From an uncultured Acidobacteriota bacterium (GTDB lineage Bacteria > Acidobacteriota > UBA6911 > RPQK01 > JAPXNP01), in assembly GCA_963777605.1 (NCBI GenBank), contig CAVZRV010000025.1:1-44141 (forward strand): a stretch of DNA of 44,141 nucleotides. The letters run 5' to 3'. The translations under genes were made by a program, and so were the position numbers. Below the pieces are notes generated by a model. That model saw only the letters and a program-made list of their open reading frames with translations. It was not told the DNA's origin and did no database searches. Below, piece after piece: positions 22,676 through 33,628 of this stretch (position 1 is its first letter; every line of letters begins with the position of its first letter).

Positions 22676-25465
22676 CCGGGCCATCTCTCACTACCGGATT
22701 ACTCGAAAGCTCGGCGAGGGCGGGATGGGGGAAGTCTACCTGGCCGAGGATACCTCCCTCCAGCGAAAAGTCGCACTGAAGTTTCTCCCCGAAAGCCTTC
22801 AGCGGGACACGATCGCCCGTAAGCGTTTCCTGCGGGAGGCGCAATCGGCCGGAATCCTGGAACACCCCTTCATCTGCAACATCAAGGAGGTCGCTCAGAC
22901 CGACGACGGCCAGGACTTCATCGTCATGGAGTATGTCGAAGGCGAGAGTCTTCAGGCGCGACTGGGACGAGGGCCGCTGCCGATCAAGGAGACCCTGAAA
23001 CTGGGAGCGGAACTGGCCGAGGCGCTGGAGTCGGCCCACGGCAAAGGGATCATTCACCGGGACCTGAAGCCGGCCAACGTGATGATCACTTTAAGCGGGC
23101 ATCCCAAGATCATGGACTTCGGTCTCGCCAAGAAGGTCGTTTCCGAAAACGGTAGGGAGCAGGACATCAGTTCGGCCCTGACACGAGAAGGATCGACCTT
23201 GGGTACGCTCTCCTACATGTCGCCGGAACAGATCCGGGGCGAGGTAGTCGACGCCCGATCCGACATCTTCTCGCTCGGAGTCGTGCTCTACGAGATGGTG
23301 ACGGGCGTTCATCCCTTCCGGAGGGCCCAGTCGGCGGAAACGACGAGCGCGATCTTGAGGGAGGACCCGGCGCCGCTGCGACCCGTTACGTAGGACGAAG
23401 TTCCAGAGCTTCTCGTGCACACGCTCCAGAAGATGCTGGAGAAGGACCCGGCGGACCGCTACCAGTCGGTACATGAGGTGCTGACGAACCTGAGCCGCCT
23501 GCGCGAGGACTCGGGAAGAGTGAGGATCGTCGGAACCGGAGCGGCCTCACCGGTTCCCGTTCTGGGCTTGGATCGCCTGTGCCGCCGCACTGGGAATTGG
23601 CGTTGGATCTGGCGGCGGTGCGTACCTTTTGGTATAAGTCCGGATGATTCTCCGACGCCCACTCCCTTGCTGCGCTTCTCCATCCAGTTGCCGGAGGGGG
23701 AACGCCTGTTCGGCTATTCCAGACACGCCGTGGCGGTGTCGCCCGACGGCCGCTGGGTCGCCTACGAGAGCTTCAAGCCGAGCGATCGGGAGACACTCCC
23801 GGATCGAGATTACGCGATGAACCTGCAGCGTCTGGACCGGAACGAGGTACGCCGAATACCTGGCTACAACCTCAATCCGTTCTTCTCGCCCGACAGCGCG
23901 GCAGTTGGGTTTCGTGGAGCGTGTCGCGGCCGGAAGCTTTCTATTGCGGAAAACCGTGGTCGAAGGCGGGCCCATCGAAACAGTGGCCAGTTTGAAGATG
24001 GCACCCTTTGGTTGTGCCTGGCTGCCGGATGACACCATCATCTTCTCCCCGGGGATCCAGAGCGGCCTTTTCGCCGTCCCGGCGGTTGGAGGGGAACCCA
24101 GGCCCCTTACTCAACTCGATCAGGAAGCCAGTGAATTAAGCCATCGGTTGCCGTCGGTCCTGCCCGACGGCCGCACCATCCTGTACACTGCGATCCGGTT
24201 TTCCGACCATAGCTGGTCCCGGGCCCGGATCGTGGCCCAACGTCTCGACACAGGCGAGAAGAAGGTGCTGATTGAGGGCGGCTCGGACGGCCGTTATGTG
24301 ACATCGGGGCATCCTGCTGTTCGCCCGGGAAGGCCGCTTGATGGCCGCCCGATTTGATGCCGATCGCCTGGAGATCCTGGGGGAGGCCATCCCGGTGCTC
24401 GACGGTATGGTCCACGCAATCAATACAGTCGGATCCACTACCGAGAGCGGCACTGCGCAATATGGAACGAGCCGCGGCGGCCTCTTGGTTTACGCGCCGG
24501 GCTCCGTCTATCCGGAGAGTTCACGTGCAGGTCATGTGGGTAGATCGGCGCGGTCGGGAGGAACCGCTCGAACTGCCGGCCAGGAGTTGGACTTGCCCGA
24601 GAATTTCGCCGGATGGGGGTGAAGTCTTGCTGGCGAGTTCTTATCCACCGCGAGACCTATGGACTTACGATCTGGAGCGAAAGACACTTCAGCGGCAGAC
24701 CGTGGAGGGTTCGGCTATGAGGGGAATCTGGGGGCCCGAGCAGGGGACCCTCACCTTGAACTGGGATCCTGAAGGGCCGGAAGGGATCTGGCTCAAGAAG
24801 ATTGATTCCGGCTCGGAACGGGGCGAAGAGCTGGTGTCGTCCGGCATCGAGGGCCTCCCGGTGGCCGGTTCCTGGTCTCCTGACGGGAGAAGACTCGCTT
24901 TCTCCATGATAACGCTGAAAACTGTCCACGACATTTGGATCCTCGACCGGCAAGGAAGAGCCGAGCCATGGCTCCAGACCCCCTTCAGTGAGTGTCACCC
25001 TGAATTCTCCCCCGATGGCGGCTGGCTGGTTTACTCCTCGGACGATTCGGGACGCAGAGAAATCTACGTACGTCCGTTTCCAGGGCCCGGAAGACCGCTC
25101 CAGGTCTCGACAGAGGGCGGGATCGAGCCCTGTTGGGCGAGGGACGGAGGGGAGATTTTCTACCTCCGAACCGATCCCTCCCAGACGACGTTTTATGCCG
25201 TCGGAGTCCAGATTGGCGGTAAAGACGGCGAGCTACAGCTGGGCGTGCCAAAGCGGCTCTTTTCCGGACCCTTCCAGGGGGATTCTATCCATTTCGCGGC
25301 AGTTATGAAGTGAGCCCGGACGGCCGTTTCCTGGTGCTTAAGCGCGACCGCCAAGATACTCAGTCCAGAATACTGGAGGCCATGGCTCCTACCCGCATCG
25401 AGTTGGTCCAGAACTGGTTCGAGGAACTTAGTGCCAAGGTTCCGGTGGAGTCACCGAATGATTGA
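22668..25465 (+). CDS. Receptor D: Ser/Thr kinase - TM - PD40 propeller; many frameshifts
   Basis: Kinase in ORF 22668-23393; propeller pieces in ORFs 23415, 23905, 24338 and 24354. The final frame reads ELVQNWFEELSAKVPVESPND, with TGA 25463-25465. Confidence 0.75.
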
Positions 25466-28127
25466 CCAGACCATCTCCCACTACCGGATCATCGAGAAGC
25501 TCGGCGAGGGCGGGATGGGGGAGGTCTACCTGGCCGAGGACACCTCCCTGCCACGGAAGGTGGCCCTCAAGTTTCTCCCCGAAACCCTGCAGCGGGACGA
25601 GATTGCCCGCAAGCGGTTCCTGCGGGAGGCCGAGTCCGCAGCAGACCTGGATCATCCGTTCATCTGCCACATCAACGAAGTGGCCCAAACTGACGACGGT
25701 CAAGACTTCATCGTCATGGAGTACGTTGAGGGACAGACGCTCAAGGAGCGACTCGCCGAGGGGCCTCTGCCCCTGAAGCAGGCGCTGCAGGTTGGTGTCG
25801 AGGTCGCCGAGGCACTGGAGGTGGCCCATCAGAAGGGGATCGTACACCGGGATCTGAAACCGGCCAACATCATCCTGACGCCACAGGGTCATGCCAAGAT
25901 CATGGACTTCGGCCTGGCCAAGCGCATGATCACGGAGGAGGGCAAGGAAGCAGGACCTGACCTCGGCCCTGACGCGGGAGGGATCGACGCTCGGGACCCC
26001 GGCCTACATGTCCCCCGAGCAGATCCGGGCCCAGCCGGTCGATCACCGTTCCGACATCTTCTCCTTCGGGATCGTGCTCTACGAGATGTTGACCGGCGTC
26101 CACCCGTTCCGAAAGACCACCCAGAGCGAGACGACCGGGTCCATCCTCCACGAGGAGGTTCCACCGCTGTCCCGGTACCTGGACGAAGCGCCCGACCTGC
26201 TCCAGCACACCCTGCACAAGATGCTGGCCAAGAGCCCGGACCAGCGGTATCAGACCGTCCACGAGATCCGGACTAACCTGGAGGAGGTCCGGGAGAGTTC
26301 CGGTCCTCACATGCTGGAAGCGGGAGCCAATTCACGGGGACAAACGAAACCCTTCTGGACAGGTTTGATTTCGGTCGCCGTTCTACTCGTCGCGGGTGCA
26401 GCCGCGGTTTTCTTGGGATGGATTCCCCTCAGCGGATCGGATCAGTCCACCTCCGAACCCCTCCAGGCCGTTCCGTTCATGAATATGCCTGGAGGTGCGT
26501 GGTGTCCGGATTTCTCTCCATTGGGTGACCGAATTGCCTTCCACGGGACCGTCGAAGACGAGGCGAAGGTTGGTTTCGATATTTGCGTCAAGCAGATCGG
26601 ACCAGGGGATCCGCTTCCGCTGACAACAAGTCCAAATTGGGATCGATATCCGTGCTGGTCTCCGGACGGACTGCAAATCGCATTCGCGCGCTGGTTCCCA
26701 GACAAGATTGCCATCATGACAGTGCCAGCGTTGGGAGGTCTGGAACGACCGATTGCCGAAGTTCCCTGGAAAGGACCTTGACAACCAACTCAGAGGAATA
26801 TCTTGGTCCCCGAGACAAATCGCGACTTGCTCTCACATATCGACCTGTCAGCGAAGTTGAGTCTCGCATATTTCTTCTCGATGTTGACACAGGCGAGCTG
26901 AGACGCTTTTCTTCGCCTCCAGCGGGGATAGATGGAGATTTCTACGGAGAATACTCACCGGACGGTGACCGGATAGCCTTCTTTCGGGCAAAGACTCCCC
27001 CAAGGCTCGATTCGGACCTCTACATCCAGCCGCTCTCTGGCGGCGAAGCCCAGCCACTGACGAATGAACACTTCCAGGCGGTGTCGGGACTTGCGTGGAT
27101 GCCAAACGGCGAAGAAATCATCTTTTCTGCGGGGCCTCAGGAAAAGGAGCTGCTCTGGCGAGTTGATGTTTCAGGAGGGAAGCCGAAGCCAATCCTGGGT
27201 TCCGGAGAGAACCTGAGGCGGCAGTATCCCGCCGTTTCACAGAACGGTCGCCGTCTCGCATATAACCAGGTTAAAACTTGGGGATCGACCATTTGGCGGT
27301 TTCCAAATCCCAGGGTGAGCAACTCAACCGAGGCACCGAGATGTCTCGTCTCCTCGAGTCGATGGGATGGTGGAGCGCTCCCCTCACCAGACGGGAGCCG
27401 GATACTCTTCGTTTCGGATCGAACCGGAAGGATGGAACTTTACCTCTGCAATAGCGATGGCACCCAACAGAGACCACTCACCGATCGAAAGGCTTATTGC
27501 GGGGCATCTGCCTGGTCACCCGATGGCCGCCAAATCTGTTTCGATGGCCAGGTTGGCACTAATTTCGATCTTTTCCTGATGAATCCTGACGGAAGCAATA
27601 TTCACCAGTTAACCGATCATCCCGCGACGGACGCCACACCGAGTTGGTCAAGAGATGGAAAGTGGATCTACTTTGCGTCGAACCGCACTGGAAGATTTGA
27701 AACCTGGAAGGTCCCGGCAGCGGGAGGAGAACCGCTCCAGGTCACTCACCAGGGAGGATTTAAAGCTCAGGAGTCCGAAGACGGCTTCCTGTACTACACA
27801 AAAGGTGAAGTGGGGGAGATTTGGAAGACCGCTCCCGGGAGAGGAGAAGAAACTCCGGTTCTCCAACAGAAACTGTACTGGTGGTACTGGGCCCTGAGCT
27901 CGGATGGAATCTACTTCATCACCCTGGAGAAAGCCGCAGGCGGGCAAAAGCCGGTCATCCACTTTCTCGATTTACAGAGCGGGACGACAGTACACGATGT
28001 CCTGACGCTCGATCTCTTGAGTTCCAGCACGACGATAGAGCTGTCTCCCGACGGACGGTGGTTTCTCTTCAGTGTGCAGGAGCCCTCGGGAGCTCCGGAG
28101 ATCATGCTGGTGGAGAATTTCCGATAG
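25458..28127 (+). CDS. Receptor E: Ser/Thr kinase - TM - PD40 propeller; frameshifts ~25950 and ~26780-26810
   Basis: [29 protein letters not shown]; TM FWTGLISVAVLLVAGAAAVFLGWIP. The propeller resembles receptor B and ends EIMLVENFR. Confidence 0.85.
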
Positions 28128-28525
28128 AGACCAACGCCTGGGATCGACTGCATCTTGAGTGTGACCTGGAGGCGTTTCCTCCACACCCCGAGTTGCAGGC
28201 TTTCATCAGGCTGCTCAAACGGGAGAGGGCAGACCGCGTCCTTGATCTCGGCTGCGGGACCGGAAGGCACAGCCAGGTAATGGCCGCTGAAGGCTTCGAG
28301 GACTGGGGACTGGATGCCTCGCCGACCGGACTGGAACGGGCTGTCCTCCGCCCGGGAGAAGCGCCCGTCACGGGGCATTTTACGCTTCACGCCAAGGAGA
28401 CCCTGCCCTATCCCGACTGCGTCTTCGGGGGCGTTCTGAGTGTCCAGTTGATCCATCACATTGTTTGGAGCATTTTCACGCTTTCTCCCGTCAATCACAT
28501 TGCGTCAGTGTTTTCGGGACGGTGA
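28128..28525 (+). pseudogene. Class I SAM-dependent methyltransferase remnant
   Basis: Motif I RVLDLGCGTGRHS, GLDAS, LPYPDCVFGGVLSVQLIHH. No own start codon and truncated C-terminus. Confidence 0.7.
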
Positions 28526-28618
28526 CGACTTCTTTCACATGCTTCGCGCCTTACTCATTAGAGAGTGAGGCGCCCGTTTTCTGTCGGGGCGTGGCTCAGG
28601 AGGAAAGTGAGCGATCGC

Positions 28619-29923
28619 ATGAAAGGTATCCTAGGACACGTTTTTGACTTCCGAAAAGGCGAACTGCCCGTTGTTTTGCTCCTCTGGACTTTCTTCTTTC
28701 TGATCATTGCGATTTTCCAGATTCTCAAACCACTCAAGAACGGGCTCTTCGTGGAACACTATGGAGCTGACATCGAACTGTATGCCAAGCTGGCCAACAT
28801 CGCTGTGGCTGCCCTGGGAATGATGGGCTTCGCCTATCTCCACAAGATTCTTCCACGGTGGCGTCTTATCTATGTCCTTTGCGGTTTCTTCATTGCCGTC
28901 TTTGTCATGCTGACTTATCTCCTCCAGGACCCCGGAGCTTCGACAATCTGGGGTTTCTACCTGATTGGAGATCTTGAGACAACTTTGATGGTTGTCGCAT
29001 TCTGGGCTTATGCGACCGACCTTTCCAGCTCCGACCAGGCCAAACGATTGTTCGGTGCGATCGGTGCGGGCGGCGTAATCGGAGGATGGGCCGGCATCTC
29101 ATTCGCCAGGTCGCTCCTGAAGATCATCGGGATGGAGGCACTGCTCCTGATCGCGGCCGCCCTCATGGGGGTGATCCCCATTATCGTGAAGATGGTGGAA
29201 CGGCAAGTGAAACTGTCGGGGAGATTCCAATCGCCGATGCGGGCACGGGATGAGGCGCCCTCGGGAAAGACCGCCAAGGATTTCAGTATCCATGTTGCGC
29301 TTGAGGGCGCTCGACTTGTGCTGAGGTCAAAGTACCTTGCAGCGATTGTGGGGATTCTCGGCTTCTATGAAATCACTTCTCAAGTGATGGACTATCAGTT
29401 CAAACTGCTGACCGAATCGCTCAGAGGAGTCGTTGAAACGCAGGCTTACATGGCCAACGTCTATTTCTTCGCCAATCTCCTGGCCGTCATCGTTCAACTG
29501 TTTCTCGTCAGTCTGATCATGCGCAAGGCGGGACTGACGGTCACTCTGCTGGTGATGCCGGTCGCACTGCTAGCCAGTTCAGTGACCTTTCTGGCTGTTC
29601 CCACACTCCTGGTTGCCAGTCTTTTGGTGATCTCCGACAACGGCTTAAACTACTCGATTCAACAAACGGGTCGGGAAACTCTTTACGTCGTCACGTCTCC
29701 GGCCGAGAAATACAACGCTCGGGCCTTTACCAACATGTTCGTTCAACGCGCCGCCAAAGGCCTGGGAATCTTTGCAGCCATCGGTCTCGCCTTTCTCGGG
29801 ATTTCGGCGCGGTACCTCAGCTTGGTGACGATCACGGTGCTCTGTCTCATGGTCGCCTGCAGTATCTACGCAGGGCGGCGTTTCCGCACAGCCTGCCACG
29901 ATACCGGACCGCGAACAAAATGA
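28619..29923 (+). CDS. Npt/TLC-family ATP/ADP translocase-like MFS transporter
   Basis: FDFRKGELPVVLLL..QILKPLKNGLF, AFWAYATDL..QAKRLFGAIG, NYSIQQTGRETLY..EKYNARAFTNMF; many hydrophobic segments. Confidence 0.85.
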   Translation: MKGILGHVFDFRKGELPVVLLLWTFFFLIIAIFQILKPLKNGLFVEHYGADIELYAKLANIAVAALGMMGFAYLHKILPRWRLIYVLCGFFIAVFVMLTYLLQDPGASTIWGFYLIGDLETTLMVVAFWAYATDLSSSDQAKRLFGAIGAGGVIGGWAGISFARSLLKIIGMEALLLIAAALMGVIPIIVKMVERQVKLSGRFQSPMRARDEAPSGKTAKDFSIHVALEGARLVLRSKYLAAIVGILGFYEITSQVMDYQFKLLTESLRGVVETQAYMANVYFFANLLAVIVQLFLVSLIMRKAGLTVTLLVMPVALLASSVTFLAVPTLLVASLLVISDNGLNYSIQQTGRETLYVVTSPAEKYNARAFTNMFVQRAAKGLGIFAAIGLAFLGISARYLSLVTITVLCLMVACSIYAGRRFRTACHDTGPRTK

Positions 29924-30009
29924 TCGCGCCCCTGCATCCGACGGTCAAGAGAACCCGCCCCCCATTTCCCGGCCAGTCTCACTCCCAAGCTGGATTTCCC
30001 GCGGGCAAC

Positions 30010-30760
30010 TCACTCCGGCGTGCGGACAACCATGGGGATCGAAACGCGGGACGGGTACTCGGCAGTCCGGTAGACGTGGTGTTCAGCGGCCCGGAAGGCC
30101 TCGGCGCCGGCGTCGGAGATATTCTTCACGAAGGTCTGGGGATTACGGTCGATCAGAGGAAACCAGGTGCTCTGGACTTGGACCATGACGCGGTGTCCCT
30201 TGAGGAAGGAGTAATTCTGGGTGTGCAGGCTGAAGGTGTATTCGAGGACTTTGCCGGCTTCGATCGGCGCCGGCTTCTCGAAACGATTTCGGTAGCGGCC
30301 GCGGAAGACCTCGTTGGAGACCATAAACTGGTAACCTGCCAGGTTCCAGTTCTCTGGGTAATGCTCCGGAAAGACGTCGATGAGTTTGACGACCCAGTCC
30401 GCGTCGGTGCCGGTGGTGGAGGCGAAGAGGTGGGCCACGACCTCCCCGGCGATGGTGAGGTCCTTCTCCAGGGGAGAGCTCTCCCAGCTCAAAACGTCGT
30501 CTCGGTCATCGACGAAGCGCTGGTCTTCAACAAGCCACGTGCTCCAGGCGGAACCGCCCGGGAAGTAGGTCGCCTGGATCGGTCGGTGGCGGTAGGGGAC
30601 CGGGTGGGCCGGGTCGGAGCGATAGCTGTCGAAGGCTTCTTCGCCCCCCTCGGGCACTTTGTCGGTCAGAAGTCCTCCGGGGCTGAAGTAGAGATCACGC
30701 CGCTCGACCTGGGAACCAGGCGGCCAGGCGTCCCATCGCCTCCAGTGGTTCGGCAACTGT
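30010..30760 (-). pseudogene. C-terminal fragment of a CocE/NonD family hydrolase (PepX_C domain)
   Basis: YRSDPAHPVP, EDQRFVD.RDDVL, ASTTGTDADWVVKLIDV, RGRYRN.FE, QSTWFPLIDRNPQ. The catalytic N-terminal domain is absent. Confidence 0.8.
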
Positions 30761-30854
30761 GGGCCACCGTTCAGAGTTTTTTCACGAAACCTGCAACCAG
30801 AATTCGGCACGGTCCGTCAAAAGATCGTCACGATAAAGAATGGAGGTAGGGACA

Positions 30855-31271
30855 ATGGAGGTCTTGCTATTTCTGCTGCTGGTCGTCTTCGGATTTGTCG
30901 GCTACGGAATGCTTAAACGCTTTCTCCTCGATCAGACGCTGGTCAAACAGAGGGAGATGATTCACAAGGAAAGGATTATGGCCATGGAAAAAGGACTGCC
31001 GATCGATAATCTCCAACTCCCGGAACACCCGGTGATGTCGGATGGCTCGCTGCAGGAGAAAGTCCTCGTTTGGGTTCGGCTCATCGCTCTGGGGTTCGGA
31101 ATGTTCCTGATCCCGGCTGGAATCGGCATTTGCGTCGCCTTTCACTTCTCCGGGAACTTAGATCTTCAGCCAGTCTGGACGGTCGGATTGATCCCGATAC
31201 TATGTGGCTTCGGCCTTCTCCTGTTCTTCCTCTTGAGCAAGGGTTTCAAGGAAGACTTAAAATCAAAATAG
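30855..31271 (+). CDS. Small membrane protein preceding ECF sigma (DUF6249-like)
   Basis: GGAGG RBS; three hydrophobic segments; MIHKERIMAMEKGLP motif. Confidence 0.7.
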   Translation: MEVLLFLLLVVFGFVGYGMLKRFLLDQTLVKQREMIHKERIMAMEKGLPIDNLQLPEHPVMSDGSLQEKVLVWVRLIALGFGMFLIPAGIGICVAFHFSGNLDLQPVWTVGLIPILCGFGLLLFFLLSKGFKEDLKSK

Positions 31272-31273
31272 TC

Positions 31274-31909
31274 GTGTCTGAGTCTTACTCCCTCGACCTA
31301 TCTTGTGGTTCGCCGGCGGACACCGTTCCCCCAGCTGCGGTGAGCGACAACTCCGATCTCTGGAAAGACGAGGAACTGGTCGGGCAGTATTTGAAGACGG
31401 GGAAGGATCACTTCTTTGCGATTCTCGTGCGTCGCTACAAGGAGAAAGTGTTTCGACTGGTTCTCTCGGTTCTCGGGCCCTCGTTCACGGAAGAAGCCGA
31501 AGAAGTCGTTCAGGAGGTGTTTCTGACGGTCCACCGGAGCCTGAAGCAATTTCGCTGTGACAGCCGTTTCGGCACGTGGCTTTACCGGATTGCATTCAAT
31601 CGTTCGATCGACTGGCGCCGGAAGCCACACCTGCGATTCCGCCATTCGGACGAGGGGGCTCTCCTCCAGCAGGCTTCCCGCGAGCGGAGCCCGCTGCGGC
31701 AAGTGACCGATCAGGAGCGGCGTGAGCGGGTTCTGGAGTCCATCGAGGACCTTTCAGAACCCGGGCGGTCGGTGATCTTCCTGCATTACTGGTTAGGCCA
31801 ATCGGTGTCGGAGATTGCGGAGTATCTCGATCTCAAATCCTCGACGGTGAAGTCTCACCTGTTCCGGGCAAGAAAGTTGTTGGGACGTTCTCTGAGAGGC
31901 AAGGTCTGA
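31274..31909 (+). CDS. ECF RNA polymerase sigma factor (start uncertain)
   Basis: Region 2 EAEEVVQEVFL..F.TWLYRIAFNRSIDW; region 4 EIAEYLDLKSSTVKSHLFRARKLL. Confidence 0.9.
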   Translation: MSESYSLDLSCGSPADTVPPAAVSDNSDLWKDEELVGQYLKTGKDHFFAILVRRYKEKVFRLVLSVLGPSFTEEAEEVVQEVFLTVHRSLKQFRCDSRFGTWLYRIAFNRSIDWRRKPHLRFRHSDEGALLQQASRERSPLRQVTDQERRERVLESIEDLSEPGRSVIFLHYWLGQSVSEIAEYLDLKSSTVKSHLFRARKLLGRSLRGKV

Positions 31910-31910
31910 A

Positions 31911-32421
31911 ATGGATAAATACTGCCCCAGCCTGGGCCAGATTGAGAGGTTCTTCGAAGGAGCATTCAAATCGGGCGAAGAGCGCAGGCAATGGGAGTCC
32001 CATCTGGAGATCGGCGATGAGTGCCGGGATGCTCTTGACGGACATCAGGTGTTGCTCAAGAGTCTCGCGGGAGACTTCCCCATTCCCAGACTCTCTCCCC
32101 AGTTTGAGCGAGAACTGAAGGCAACCCTGTCTCGCGACAAGGCTCCGGCAACCTCTACGCGCCGGAGGCGGCTGCTTTTACAAGGCTACTGGCTGCTGGC
32201 ACTTGGGGCCAGTCTCGTCGATTCTGGATTCTGTGGAAGGAAGTGTTCAAATACCCGTCGCGTTCTCTGTTGCATTGATCGTATCCACGATCCTTCCCCT
32301 GATTGCTGTAGGGTTTGTGTTGAAGCAGGTTCACCTGGAAGTTATCGACCTTGTCCGTTTCGCGACGGTCGATCCCGGGTTCCACGTGAGTCGAACTGGC
32401 TCAGAGGCCTCCTCAGGGTGA
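31911..32421 (+). CDS. Probable anti-sigma factor, degenerate zinc-finger plus TM helices; frameshift ~32215
   Basis: Starts 1 bp after the sigma stop. HLEIGDEC resembles HxxxCxxC. Hydrophobic segments continue in ORF 32203-32421. Confidence 0.65.
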
Positions 32422-32460
32422 CGGGCGTGAGTCAACGAGGTTGAATCCGCTTTTGAAACT

Positions 32461-33347
32461 TCAATTAGCTGGATTGTCGCCGGCAAACACGTCCCGAAAC
32501 GGCCCCAGAAACCGCCGCCCCGGGGACCAGTCCGTGACGGCAAAGACAACCTCGGAAAATGCGCCGGAGAACTCCCCTTCGAGCGCCCTCCGGAAATCGA
32601 CGGCCGTTCTGTACGGGTCGTTCAGAACGCGCCGCATCCCCAGGCACCCAGCACCAGCACGGCATGCCCGTAGGCCCGGGCGATCCCCAGAACCCGAAGG
32701 ATCCGTTTCTCCAGGAGGTCCCCGGACTCCGGCTGACCGATCTTCGATGCCACGGGGGCAGCGCAAGTGAGGAAACTCAGCCCCCAGGGACGGGCCAGGT
32801 TCGCGCCGTCGTCACCCCGAAAGATGGGGACGTTGGGAGAGTAGATCGCCCAATCGGTCGAATCGGGCCGGCACCGGTTCCGGTGCGCCTCGTACATGGG
32901 ATCGTCAACCAGGGTCGTATAGAGGGCACTGGAGCGACAGAGAACTTCCTCTTGTGCTCTGGACCCGTTCAGAAATCCCCCACCCGGGTGGATCCCGTTG
33001 GCAAAGTTCAGAGCCAGCGGCTCGAGTCCCCTCCCCACCAATCGTCGAGACGCCCCAAGAGTCGTCTCGTTGGTCACCTGAGCTACCGTCTCCGAAAATA
33101 TGCGACGCTTGAGCTCAGGCAGAGCGGCATCCGGAGGGATGCTCACCTTCGATGAGCGGGCCGCCTCGACGGCTTCCCCCCAATGAACCTGCCTACCCTC
33201 TTCCGTGAGGTACCGCCCCCTTTGGCAGGCGTCCACCGCCAGCAACCCGAGCCGTGCGGCAACGTCCCTCGGCATATCGAGTTCTCTCCGCCTTTCCGCG
33301 GAGATCTCCTCCGAATCCAGACAGGGCAACACACGCAATCGACTCAT
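32461..33347 (-). CDS. TIGR02452/DUF2263 family protein, microbial PARG-like macrodomain; frameshift ~32625
   Basis: LNFANGIHPGGGFLNGSRAQEEVLCRSS, IYSPNVPIFR, LVLGAWGCGAF. Continues NDP..VVFAV in ORF 32461-32766. Confidence 0.85.
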
Positions 33348-33628
33348 CCAAGACACTGTAGGACAATCTCTCCTGATTGTCTCGCGACAATTGACTCCCC
33401 GACTCAGGACCACCGCTGAAACCAGACATTGTCTGACGGATCGCCGGATTGACATTCACTCCGTCCCGCAGACGGCGGTAGCGGGTGGTAGAAGGACGGC
33501 ATCCGCGACGGTCCACCGAGGCCCGGGGTACTCCGAGAGCCTGGATCCATCTTAGAGTTGCGGTGGCGTAGGCCGGCAGAACTTAGATAGAATCTTCCCC
33601 AACAGATACTTCGGAAGGAAAGGTTCCC

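Noticed and set aside
2143-28127. Calling the propeller genes tolB
   Set aside because: They are PD40 propellers fused to kinase/wHTH and a TM, with no tol-pal context.
359-28222. Diversity-generating retroelement TR/VR pair suggested by repeats at gene 3' ends
   Set aside because: Mismatches are not adenine-specific, and no reverse transcriptase or Avd gene is in the window.
27821-28525. Intact 234-aa methyltransferase
   Set aside because: The first ~100 codons overlap receptor E in another frame, and the true part lacks a start and a C-terminus.
29920-30849. 309-aa plus-strand ORF
   Set aside because: Antisense shadow of the CocE/PepX_C fragment, which carries the recognisable motifs.
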